Shown in pieces: positions 28,184-52,004 of a stretch of 64,000 nucleotides of DNA (positions are counted from its first letter, which is position 1; every line of letters starts with the position of its first letter). The position numbers were made by a program, and so were the translations under genes. The notes under the pieces are model-generated. The model ran no database searches. It saw nothing but the letters and a program-made list of their open reading frames with translations, and had not been told where the DNA came from. The stretch is from Eledone cirrhosa. Taxonomy: Eukaryota. Location of the stretch: contig OZ024741.1 in the NCBI GenBank assembly GCA_964016885.1, positions 123,628,001 to 123,692,000 on the forward strand, read 5' to 3'.

Positions 28184-28716
28184 TTCATCCTCAGTGTATA
28201 CTGATTAATGTTCAGAGCCATCCTCAGCATTCTCGTGAAGCACCCATCCACCATCTGAATGAGTTTCTTGGTCAGTGTCCAAGTCTCAGACCCATACAGC
28301 AGCACAGACTCCACTACAGCAATGAAGAGGCGGATTTTCAGGTCTCTACCAAGGTCCGACTTCCACACCGATCTCAAGCTGTGGCACGCCGCCCAGGCCT
28401 TGCTCTTCTTCTCAACCACATCATCTTCCGTATTCCCAATCTTTGCTCCCAAATACAGAGCTGTATCGGAGCATCCCAAAAGTCAGCTCAAAAGTGACAC
28501 AGAGGAGACTGAGGTTGGCTGGACATGCTCACCGACATCCAGAGTTGACATTGCACTCAGTACTCCTTTGGGAGCCCCTACATGGACACACTAGAAGAGG
28601 AAGACCAACGTTAACGTATGTTGATGCCCTAAGGACAGACACTGGTAGCGATAATGAGGGACAGAGACCGCTGGAGAGAGCTCGTCCATGGATCTCGGGA
28701 ATTTTACCCGCCTTAG
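28182..28716. mobile_element. RTE-like LINE 3' fragment with a 5' inversion
   Basis: Minus 28182-28455 encodes YLG...ESVLLYGSETWTL...RMLRMALNI. Plus 28452-28716 encodes NTELY...RRLRLAGH...GRPTLTYVD, followed by (TAGA)n. Confidence 0.85.
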
Positions 28717-28724
28717 ATAGATAG

Positions 28725-28778
<54 letters not shown>

Positions 28779-29657
28779 ACACAAACACATGCACACTCTG
28801 CCTATATACGCACATATACGGACATACATATGCTCACACACACGCGCACGCTTACATTTAAGTGTGCACATAGACGTAATCGTAAAGATATATATATATA
28901 TACACACAGATATACGCACATGGATGTGGATACATAACCGCACACGCATAGGCATGAAACCACATACGTACAATTATAAAACACGGCACACACACATGCG
29001 TAAAGTCGAACTGGGAAAGTAGCTAGGGGAACAGATATGGAAATAAATAAATAAAATATTATAATATATAAAAAATAAGACATAAATGGACGGATTGACA
29101 ACGAAAGCGTGCAAAAAAATAATAAATAAATATTTATATATATCTATAAAATGCAATGAAACGAAAGGAGCTGAGCGGTTACTAAAAACAAGGTTTAGGA
29201 TGGTGGTTAGGACGGAACAGGAGAAGAAAGGAAGAAAGGAGTTTCCATCGTCAGCTGTAAATGTTTCCCGATCCCATGTTTCGGTGCTGAATTACAGGAC
29301 ATCGGTGTAGTTCGGGTGCGCCCGAGGCCTTTTATTAATCAAAAGGCCAAGTGAAAAAGGAGAGAGAAAGAGAGAAAAAAAGGGAGAAAAAAGGAGAGAG
29401 AAAAGGAAAGAGAGGGAAAGGAGGAAGAACGGGGGGGGGGGGGGGAGAAGAAGAAAAGGGGAAGGGAGAAGGGGGAAAATAGAAAAGGAATAGAAGAAAA
29501 AGGTGTACAGGTCCCATCGTGGGAAGACACAGGTGAAAGAAACATGCAAAAGAGTAACCGTGGAAAAATAGGGAAAGTAAGTTGTAGCCAACCTGGGAGA
29601 CTTTAGCCTGGTGGTCAGCTACGACTCAGAGCTACACACAAACATATATATATATAT

Positions 29658-29745
<88 letters not shown>

Positions 29746-29952
29746 TTTACGGTTATATATATATATATATATTATAATAATATTATTTATAGTTATGTAT
29801 ACACTATATACAACTATAAAAAGGAACTGTCAGTAATTTATTACTACCTTATTACCAGTAAGAAAAATAGCTCAATGTAAATACATGAGATATTTTACAG
29901 AGCCGGAATATAAATTACACAATAATCAAAGCTATGTTCAAATCATTTTATT

Positions 29953-29992
29953 GGTGACAATCGTTTCATCCAAACTATCATTTTGGAATCAG
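29953..29992 (-). ncRNA. Partial hammerhead ribozyme
   Basis: (CT)GA-tTCCAAA-atgatag-TTTGGAt-GAAAC-gatt-GTC-acc-AATAAA; the 5' core is truncated or deleted. Confidence 0.5.
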
Positions 29993-30065
29993 TGACATAA
30001 TTGTCAAGCTCTTCAAGAAACCACTGGTAAATGAATTAATTATCTTATGTTGTTTATTACATAAC

Positions 30066-30108
<43 letters not shown>

Positions 30109-31968
30109 TCATATCTTATTTTGTTTGACCCGCTTAGCTTGCTCGGTTTTTTGGCTTAGGTGGTTAATGGCTTCTTAAACATCATTTCAGTTTTGTATAG
30201 CCCTTTTAACTTATGTTTATAGCTCTGATATCTTCATATATATTGAGCGCTTGCCAACACAATTCGGAAGTTAGATTTCGCTAATTTCTACTCGCCGAAA
30301 TGCGATTCTCGGTAAATTTATATATATATATATCTTGTATCAGCATGCAATATTAAATAGGTTGTTATTTTAAATTGTTATTTGCATATGATAAATATTT
30401 TCTTGTTTTGTTTTTGTTCCGTTTTGTTTCTGTCGTTGAGAGCGATCATTTAACAATGTAACGTATCGTGTTTTAACTTGAGAAACCAGTAATCCTGAGT
30501 AAATTTATGTTCTTTAGTATATAAGTTGATTTCCTACTTGTTGAATAATAGTATCTTAAATATGATTTATTGTTTATGAGAATCACACGATATTTTTTGT
30601 ATTATATATTTTTCCCTAATTCTGTTTTCAAAACATTTTTCATGTAGTCTAAAGTAGTTTGCTGAAAGCAAGTTAAAAACAGCTGTTGTTTGTGTTATTA
30701 TTTCCCACATGGAATACTCTTATAAGTATGAATAATTGGAAACCGACCTCACTAACCTGGAATGTCCCTCTTGAAGGCACCATTCTACACAAGGTTTTAT
30801 TTGGGGTAAGTCAAGCATTTGCCCATGCTTGCCAGTTACATAGTACTTCTTGACCAGACTACCAAATGTGAATTTCAAAAGGCCAATAAAGTCGATCGTG
30901 CCCCCCCCCCCCCACACACACACAACCCAACCACACTCAATTGAAGAAGACGCTAGAGTGTCAGATGCAGCTAAGATGCAGCATTTTATCCTCATTTCTG
31001 TAGCTGATTGGACGAGAGCAACGTGAAATATGTCTTCCTCAAAGCTACTAATTGATACCTGGTCGTGACTTCCAACTCACGTGAGTCCAAACATTCTAAA
31101 TGCTAGTCTCGACACTTTTTCGCAAAAACCAGGAATTGACCACCATCGGATTCAATGATGAGTCTTTTAATTTTATGCTCCATAGAAAAACATTCATACG
31201 AAATTATTGGTAGAGTGACTTAGTATTTCACAGGCGTGAACTCTTGCCGTAATTCTCAAGAATATCCGGTGTGATACAGTGTATCACAAAAAGGGCGCTT
31301 TGAATGTAAATGAAATTCCTCCGATGGGCGTTCATGCTATCTAAATCTACCCCGTACACTCATAAGGCATGGGTCCACCCAAGGCTATGGTAGAAGCACC
31401 TAGCCACTTTGCCACACAGTCGGATCGACTCTGATATCTAAAAATCTTCAGATTTTAATGGTTAAGCTATTAACCATTCGGCTATACTGCGTCCACAAAC
31501 ACAATCTTACCTATAATTCAAAAACTGAATACAATTTTAACAGCAACTGTAGATTAACTGACAAGTAAAGACGATTATAATTCGATGTTAGAAAATGTTG
31601 GAAAACTTGTAGAACAATACATTTTCTAAGAGCATGTAGCAGCTTTCTATCTACATAGCTATGGACTCGCTATCTCTACAAAACGGCTGTGAGAACTGTC
31701 TAACTTACCTTGGTTTATTCATGTAATACCATTAATGAGTCTTTTCTAGTGATGTGACTAAGTTGGAGAATATATAGAGCCGGGGTGTTATAGAAAATGT
31801 ATTTGCCACTGTAATAAAATATACGTATGCATATATTTATATATGTATACGTGTATATATATATGTGTGTGTATGTGTGTGTATATATATATAGATATAT
31901 ATATGATGATTATTTCATCTCGTCCATCCTGTCAGATTATAACCGTCTGAGTATGATTTCAATCACTC

Positions 31969-32032
<64 letters not shown>

Positions 32033-32037
<5 letters not shown>

Positions 32038-32223
32038 AACCAGTAAGACTCCGACAGCTGAGCTCAAGCCGTTTCGACGGCTAATTCTAGAATTAGCCGT
32101 CGAAACGGCTTGAGCTCAGCTGTCGGGGTCTTACTGGTTCCTATTACCCACTCTACTACCTCAAGTATTGAGTACTTTGGTGCGTTATGGTCCACCTGGT
32201 TCCTTACCACTTTTCCTTCGTTA
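32033..32223 (+). mobile_element. Fold-back element, family A, copy 2
   Basis: Near-perfect palindrome 32033-32144 centred on 32088/32089; GAAAC-GGCT-tgagctc-AGCT-GTC at 32102-32124; tail 32145-32223. Confidence 0.85.
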
Positions 32224-34110
32224 TATATATATATATATATATATATGGAGTATAGGATTGGCTGTGTAGTTGCTAGTTAGGGTAGGCTTAAAATTGGAAT
32301 GAGTATAAGAAGAAAGCAGAACGGGGGTCGGGGGAGTTTTCCTCATCAGTTGTCTACCGGTTGTCTCGGATATTTCAACGGTTTAAAGACAATATATCTA
32401 CCCCCCAGAGCGTTCAATAACTGGGTAAGTTATTGAGAAAACGGAGGAGGGAGGGAAGGAAAATAGAAGGGAAAAGGAAAGAAAAGAGAAAACATCGTGA
32501 GCATTCATAAATGAATATGTATGAAAAGCTTTTGGTGCCGTAATTTGAATCCAACTGAAACTTTATTCGTTTCTCCCCGTTTAATATAGCTAGATTACCG
32601 AATAACTCAACGATTCGACGGAAAATCACTGAAAACTCCGTACCTTAGGGATTTCAATATTTTGATAGACTCACCTACTGACTTAAGGGATGTGTACTCC
32701 TTTAAGGTATTTTGATAACCAATAGTCCTCATATAATATATAACTTTGGGTTTAAAATGCTAATATTTATTTTAAAATCTTCTTTCATAACTCTATATAA
32801 GATATGTTGTATTCTAAACAATAGCTCAATAGTGATACAGTTAAGTATGTTATGAATTCTCTTATAATTCTTGATTATTTTCAAAATGAAATGGAAGTCA
32901 CCAGCAGTCTCTGTATTAAGAATTTTGTGACGAAAGGATTAAGATTACAAGTGGAGGAGGAAACAACTATAAATGCTATAGTGTCATTACTGCTCATAGC
33001 AATCAGTAGCGCCTAGTAGACACTATCATGTTCATATTTAAACAAATAATGACGTAGCCATTGCGATGTTGGCTTTCTGCTTACTGGTACTGATACCTAA
33101 CGAACGACGATTCCTGCAAGAAACATTTTGAGAATATCAAGAAACCAAGATACAATTGTATCAGGTGATTTCAGCTAGTTTCGAGGTTAATTACCTATAT
33201 TTCTTGTCAATAGAGTTGGGTTGTATTTCTTGTTAAAACTAAATTTATTGCAAGACAGTAGTAACTTAGTTTTCGATTTTCTCTTTTATTTAGTAAACGA
33301 TCCACAACTTTTATATGATCTGCAAGCAGCGTTTATGATACAAATAGATGCTTTCGTCTGTCAAAGATTTTTTTAAAATGAAATAATGAGAGAGAAAATA
33401 TTTGAATGACATCTTACCTCTATAAACAGAGCTATATATCAAATCCAGAATTATCCATTTAGATGTAATCCATATTTATCATGATGTAATATAATACCTG
33501 GAAAATAAAAAGAAATAATAATTAGAATTTTATACAATCAAATCATAACATATATCGTAAACATTATAACGTGATAAAACATACCAGCAATTTCCTCCTT
33601 TCCGAAAGCAACATAAAGAGCCAGTAACATAAGCCAGAATATAATAAATCAAGTAAAGGCGGGAAAATTGCAGGGCCGTTAGCCCTTTCGATTAAAAAGG
33701 ATTCGGCACTCGATACGGTTCTCTGCGCTCTGCATTCAAATTCCACGAAGTTTAACATTACGTTTTATCCTTTCGCGGTCAATAAATACATTACCAGTCC
33801 ATTACTAAAAGCGAGTCCCCCTCTTTTCTCCCCCTTTCTCCCCCCTCCCTCTCTCGCTCTCTCTCTCCCTCTTTTTTCTCTCTTTCGCTTTCTTTATTTC
33901 ACTCTTTCTCTCTCTCCGGAAGAAATCGGCTGAGTTCCGAACCACAGAGAGATAGACACCACGAAGGTTAAATTACTTAGAAGGGCATATTAAGATGGCA
34001 ACCACATATAGTTTTATAAATCTAACTTATTTTAATTCATAGTTATACATTATCAGACGATCTATATGTTATACGCCATGAATTGATATCTGGAAATTAA
34101 CTAAATTAAA

Positions 34111-34331
34111 ATTGTTTCTACTTTAGGCACACGGCCAGTAATGTTTAAGGGGAAGGGAAACTCGATTAAATCGACCCCAGTGAGAGACTGGTACTTTATT
34201 TTATCGACCCCGTAAAGATGAAAGGCAAAGTTATCCTCGGCCGGATTTGAACTCAGATCATATAGAGCCGCAACTCTATGCTACAAAGCATGGTCTCCAA
34301 CTCTCTAACGATACTGACAATGCACCGCCCT
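34111..34331 (-). mobile_element. Meta-domain-like SINE (subfamily with a longer 3' part)
   Basis: Reverse complement has the B box and GCCTTTCATC..GGGGTCGATAAAATAAAGTACCAG. Confidence 0.8.
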
Positions 34332-34338
34332 ATATTAT

Positions 34339-34441
<103 letters not shown>

Positions 34442-34535
34442 AAAAAATGTTATTGTGGAATGGAATTACATAAATATACCCCATTTCTAGATCTCATACT
34501 TTGAAAAGAGGATTATCACAATCATCATCATCACC

Positions 34536-35250
34536 TCAGATGCGTGTGCGACGAGGAAACCGTTGCACACGCGTAGCCGATCTGTGGGGCTATGTCGAAC
34601 AACTGCTGTCAAGGGTGGGACCGATCCGGTTGACCACCGAGTCTATTGTAATGATCAAGCCGCCTCCCCCCTTCAAAGATGAAGCAGAGGCGGTGTTTCT
34701 GTGCGTAATAGCCATGGCGAAAGAGGTTGTATGGTGGACGCGTCTGAAAGGACTGAGGTCAGGCACCTTTCTCTCTGGCCAACAACTGGTCCGTTTCTTC
34801 CGATATCATTTCGGAAGAAGGATCAGGATGGAGAGAGAGGTGCTGCACCCCAGTCGTTTTTATGAAAGGTGGGTGAAAGTGGCGAGAATGGCCCGTGTGA
34901 ATAGGCCTTCTCTTTACATGAGCCTGTAGGTGGAAAAGAGGAAGGAACGAGGGAGCACCCCCTCTCTGTGCTACTGAGGAAAAGGGTTGCACACTTTTTT
35001 CGGGGGTGTGTGCGACCCCCCAAGGCGCCTCCTCTCTATTGAGGATTTTGTTATGAATTTTATTTTTTGTTATATTTTATAACAAAATCCTCTATTGAGG
35101 ATTTTGTTATAATTCTATTTTTTGTTATATTTTATTTTTTGTTATATATTGTTATTGCCTCCTCCCTATTGAGGACGCCTTGTTTTGTAAACTCCCCCCA
35201 TTGTACTTGTCCCACTTTTGATGCCCTTGTGGCAAATAAAAGAAACATAT
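34536..35250 (+). mobile_element. L1/Tx1 3' fragment (related subfamily)
   Basis: DLWGYVEQLLSR...AKEVVWWTRLKGL...RWVKVARMARV matches ORF 20736-21113; ends CCCTTGTGGCAAATAAAAGAAA. Confidence 0.88.
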
Positions 35251-36204
35251 AATAATGATAATGTTGAGAGACAAGCAATAATGTGTACGGTTTCTAGATC
35301 AACTGACATATTTAAGTGTCATCGGTACCGGACACATATTAGCATTGAGTGTTCAAATTGGTGAACCATCAGTAACTAAACATTACACACAAATACACAT
35401 ATACATGCATACACAAATACATATATGCATACATACAAATGTATATATGCGTGTATATGTATGTATGCATATATATATGCCCCCTCTGTCAGTTACACTT
35501 TCTCTCGACTGGCCTCTTCCTCGCACTTCCACTCACTCGCTCTCTGCTTCTCCCTTTCTCACTTCCTCCCGTTTGGCCTGAAGTGGGGTCCTTTCTTGCT
35601 CACACCTCACTCGCGTCGCACGGTCTGTTGTCTCTTGCTCATGAAATCCACACAGCTTAAGCTGATTGGACTCCCATGTGCTTGTTTTTTCCTATCTTTG
35701 CGTTGCTATCCTTCTATGTTTGTTTACTTGGCTGGCTCGCTTTACGCGATTTACTTGTCCCAATAGCTTTATTTAGCTATTGCTCCCACCAACTGGAGGT
35801 ATATGATTTTTAAAGCGATGAAATACCAATGAAGGTTGGAAAATCACTGATGAAGGACTATTTTTATCATATGTAACCCATGTTAAACCACGCAGTATTT
35901 ATTCTTCTCATGTTTATATATATATATATATTTATATAAATATAATGAAAGAGTACATATAAACACGTAGAGCAAATATTTCTTATTAGTACAGATTAAA
36001 ATTTAAGCAAAGAATTTCTGCGTTCACCCTATTGCGGGATCTTTTGAAACTCCAGTTTCAAAAGATTTCATGTATATATATAGAGAGAGAGATAGATATA
36101 TATATATCTAGGGAGTGTAACTTGCAGTTACTGTAGATTCACCCGGGTGAGCACTCGATGTTTAGGTTCACTTCTGTGGCGAGGTGTAGAGCTATACAGA
36201 GTGT

Positions 36205-36328
36205 ATTTCTGAGTTCAAGTCCCGCCGAGGTTAACTTTGCCTTTCATCCTTACGGAGTCGATAAAATAAAGTACCAGTAATGTACTAGGTAATTGCTGGC
36301 CTTGTACCAAAAGTAGTAACAATTATAT
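36205..36328 (+). mobile_element. Meta-domain-like SINE, 5'-truncated or diverged
   Basis: GAGTTCAAGTCCCGCCGAGG...GTACCAG...AAAGTAG. Confidence 0.8.
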
Positions 36329-36367
36329 TGAAAAGATAACAAGGAGGATTGGTTTCTCCTTTATTAC

Positions 36368-36404
<37 letters not shown>

Positions 36405-36478
36405 TATGTATGTATGTATACGTACATACATATATGTATACAGACGTACAGTAGTATGTATATATATATACATAAATG

Positions 36479-36521
<43 letters not shown>

Positions 36522-36647
36522 GTATCGGTTTACCGAACATTTATTATAATGCTCGGTTTGTTTCTTTGTAAACAAACAAACAGCCCGAATTACGCCGTAC
36601 AGTGTTTAGGCAACCACGTCACCTTTGTGTTCAACACTGACACAGGA

Positions 36648-36695
36648 ACGATGTACTAGTTTCAAGCTTATTAGCTATCGTCAGCATAGCATCGT
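36648..36695 (-). ncRNA. Type-I hammerhead ribozyme (5-nt duplication in stem I)
   Basis: Intact CTGACGA...GAAAC-TA-GTA core. Confidence 0.75.
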
Positions 36696-37330
36696 ATACC
36701 TTCCTGCCAGGTGCTTGAACGTCTGAATGTATATACTTTCCTTATGCATATTAACGGCTGAGCAGCCTAATTTGCATACCGAGTGAGTTCTGTCGGCCGG
36801 CGCACCGAAAACGATAAATGGAATAGAATGAAACGAAATTTCATTTCTCACTCTTAGTACGGCACTTACTTAAATGTAAGTATGTATGTATACGTACATA
36901 CATATATGCATACATACGTACAGTAGTATGTATATATATACATACATGCACACATATATATATATATGCACGTATCGGTTTACCGAACATTTATTATAAT
37001 GCTCGGTTTGTTTGATTGTAAACAAACAAACAGTCCGAATTACGCCGTACAGTGTTTAGGCAACCACGTCATCTTTTTGTTCAACACTGACACAGGAACG
37101 ATGTACTAGTTTTAACCTTATTAGCTATCGTCAGCATCGTATACCTTCCTGCCAGATGGTTGAACGTCTGAAAGTATATACCCAAAACGATAAATGGAAT
37201 ATTCCATTTATCGTTTACGGTGCGCCCGGTCGACTGAACTCACTAGATATGCACATTAGGCTGCTCAGCCGTTAATATGCATAAGGAAAGTATATACTTT
37301 CAGACGTTCAACCATATTGCAGGAAGGTAT

Positions 37331-37373
37331 ACGATGCTGACGATAGCTAATAAGCTTGAAACTAGTACATCGT
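37331..37373 (+). ncRNA. Minimal type-I hammerhead ribozyme
   Basis: ACGATG-CTGACGA-tAGC-taataa-GCTt-GAAAC-TA-GTA-CATCGT: 6-bp stem I, palindromic ACTAGT stem III, predicted cut after 37367. Confidence 0.9.
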
Positions 37374-37774
37374 TCCTGTGTCAGTGTTGAACAAAAAGGT
37401 GACGTGGTTGCCTAAACAATGTACGGCTTAATTCGGGCGGTTTGTTTGTTTACGAAGAAACAAAGCTAGCATTATAATAAATGTTCGGTATACCGATACG
37501 TGCATATATATATATGTGTGCATGTATGTATATATATACTTACTACTGTACGCCTGTATACATATATGTATGTACGTATACATACTTACATTTAAGTAAG
37601 TGCCGTACTAAGAGTGAGAAATGAAATTTCGTTTCATTCTATTCCATTTATATATATATAATATAGGAGGTCAGTTTTATTGTAGCACAATAAAACAATG
37701 CAAATATCGGATAACTAGCACTCCACAGTTTATATAATACTAGATCACTTGTTAATAACTCTGTTAATTTCTCT

Positions 37775-42606
<4,832 letters not shown>

Positions 42607-42815
42607 CTGATATATTCCATTATTTATTTTTTAGTTTAGGTTCTTTTTGTTTACCACCATTATTATCATCATTATTATCATTGGTTTTTGACAACTCTTT
42701 ATTCTAGCTCTCATAATCTTTTGGCTACTATACCATATCTATCTTCTTACGCATTAATTTTTCACTATTAACACCTTATGAGTATATATCTGATGTTATA
42801 TTTTACATTATTTTA

Positions 42816-43001
42816 AGGGCGGTGGATTGGCAGTATCGGTGGTGGGTCGGACGCCATGCTTTCCAGCATAGTTACGTCCCTTTACGATCTGAGTTCAAAT
42901 CCCGCCGAGGTTGACTTTGCCTTTCATCCTTACGGGGTCGATAAAATAAAGTACCAGTAATGCACTGGGTAATTGCTGGCCTTGTGCCTAAAGTAGAAAC
43001 A
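42816..43001 (+). mobile_element. Meta-domain-like SINE inserted in the PLE 3' UTR with a 21-bp TSD
   Basis: GTTATATTTTACATTATTTTA at both 42795-42815 and 43002-43022. Confidence 0.92.
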
Positions 43002-44501
43002 GTTATATTTTACATTATTTTATTTTATTTTATTTTACTTGGATTCTTCTTTTGATAACCGCCCCCCCCCCCCCCATGTGCACATACACTTATTGTCAAC
43101 CCCTTCAAATAGATTATGATTACATCTAATCCCCCCCTCTTTTACGCTCCTTTCTATTATTTAATATAGTATATTGACTGATTTTATGCTCCTTTGTATC
43201 CTCCATATATTTCTTTTTTCTGTCCCTATTAGACTACCATAATTCTGCTTAGGTCAGTTTTTTAGATATCGTTATGTAAATGATAGTAGAAAATTTCATT
43301 CCTTATATATATATTTGTAGTTAAATACTAACGTTTATAAATTTTGATTACTTAAACTATAGCTAATATTGTATTACCTTATTAGATATTTTAAATATTT
43401 TTAATATTAATTTATCAAATAGGGTTTTCGAGTCATTTACCGGGGTTGTTTCCTAAGTGTTTACTTAACTGTATGTGAGACCTAAGTATATACTTTTGTT
43501 CTTGTTTTTTTAATTTCCGGTCGATTCTATTTATTTATTTATTTATTTATTAATACTACTGTGCATTCTATTTACTGTCTGGCCCTTACTCACTCATCCA
43601 CATATATGTCTGTTTACCAACCTTGTAATTATAAGTAATTATATATTATATTATGTTAATTATTTTATATTATATTTGTTATTGTACTATCGATCCTTAT
43701 TACTTACCGTTGATTATATTGTACCATTATGATATGTTGAACTTTATATATCATGTATGAGGTTTATATTTTTGTACCATCATAATTTTGGGTATTGTAC
43801 AATTTATATTTTTTCTCACCTACTCTGTAACTCAATATGAATTGATTTGTTAACTTGCTTGCCATTATATGTTATGTATTATATATGTTATTATATTATT
43901 ATTATAGTATTATTGTGACATCTATATTGTTTATGTAAATTAACCGGTGATTATCTATTATATTATATGGTATAAAATTGTTTAGTTTATTATATATTAT
44001 ATGTGCTGCTTATAATCATGTCATATTATTACCTCATGTATATTAGATATACGTATTATTATTATTATTATTATTTTTATTCCTTTCATGCTTATTTATA
44101 TTTAAACTCTTATTAAGGTTTAATTTGTGCTGTTGAAGATGGATATGTGTATTGATGTATGTGTATATGTGCGTACGTGTGCGTACATATATACATATGT
44201 ATATTGTACATTTTAATTTTTATTGTAATTTTAATATTGTTACAAGTATATTATATTATATTATATGGTATTATATATAATTCCCGCTCTATATAACCAT
44301 CTTTGTTTAGCTCTAGGGTTTTTTTTTGCTTTGGACTATATTTGTAATATGGTTCTAAATGTTATACACCTCAGTGATTTTTATTATATATTTCTATTAT
44401 AAATTTTTACCCATAATCTTGCAATTCTTTAGTGTATGTACACTCCATATTCTTCGGAGATTTCGGCTTGTATTGGCCGATAATACTTCTTGTTGTTTTA
44501 A

Positions 44502-44543
44502 TTGCCCTGATGAGTCCTTAATAGGACGAAACATTGTTGGCGA
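44502..44543 (+). ncRNA. Minimal type-I hammerhead ribozyme
   Basis: TTGCC-CTGATGA-GTCC-ttaata-GGAC-GAAAC-att-GTT-GGCGA, overlapping AATAAA, ~45 nt before the element end. Confidence 0.92.
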
Positions 44544-44589
44544 ATAAAGACTTTTGATGTATTGAAGGCTTCTTTGTTTTACTTTCATA

Positions 44590-51873
<7,284 letters not shown>

Positions 51874-52004
51874 AAAAATATTCGTATTTTTGTACTGTAT
51901 GTGTGTATTAATTTTATATTTATGTATATACATATATATGTATGATTTTATAAACCCATATACATTTAGTTGAGCTCTTTCAATTGTCCATCATCCATAT
52001 CACA

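Larger units (their letters stand above)
36401..37650. mobile_element. Non-coding HHR-bearing ~440-450-bp unit: two tandem minus copies plus one fold-back plus copy (retrozyme/pLTR-like)
   Basis: HHRs at 36648-36695 (-), 37098-37140 (-) and 37331-37373 (+). Inversion centre at 37200/37201. ATTCCATTTA at both 37201 and 37641. Confidence 0.85.

Noticed and set aside
32335-32395. Minus-strand AACCGGTA-GACAA-CTGATGA (permuted HHR-like pieces)
   Set aside because: I could not build consistent stems I and II; possibly a rearranged remnant.
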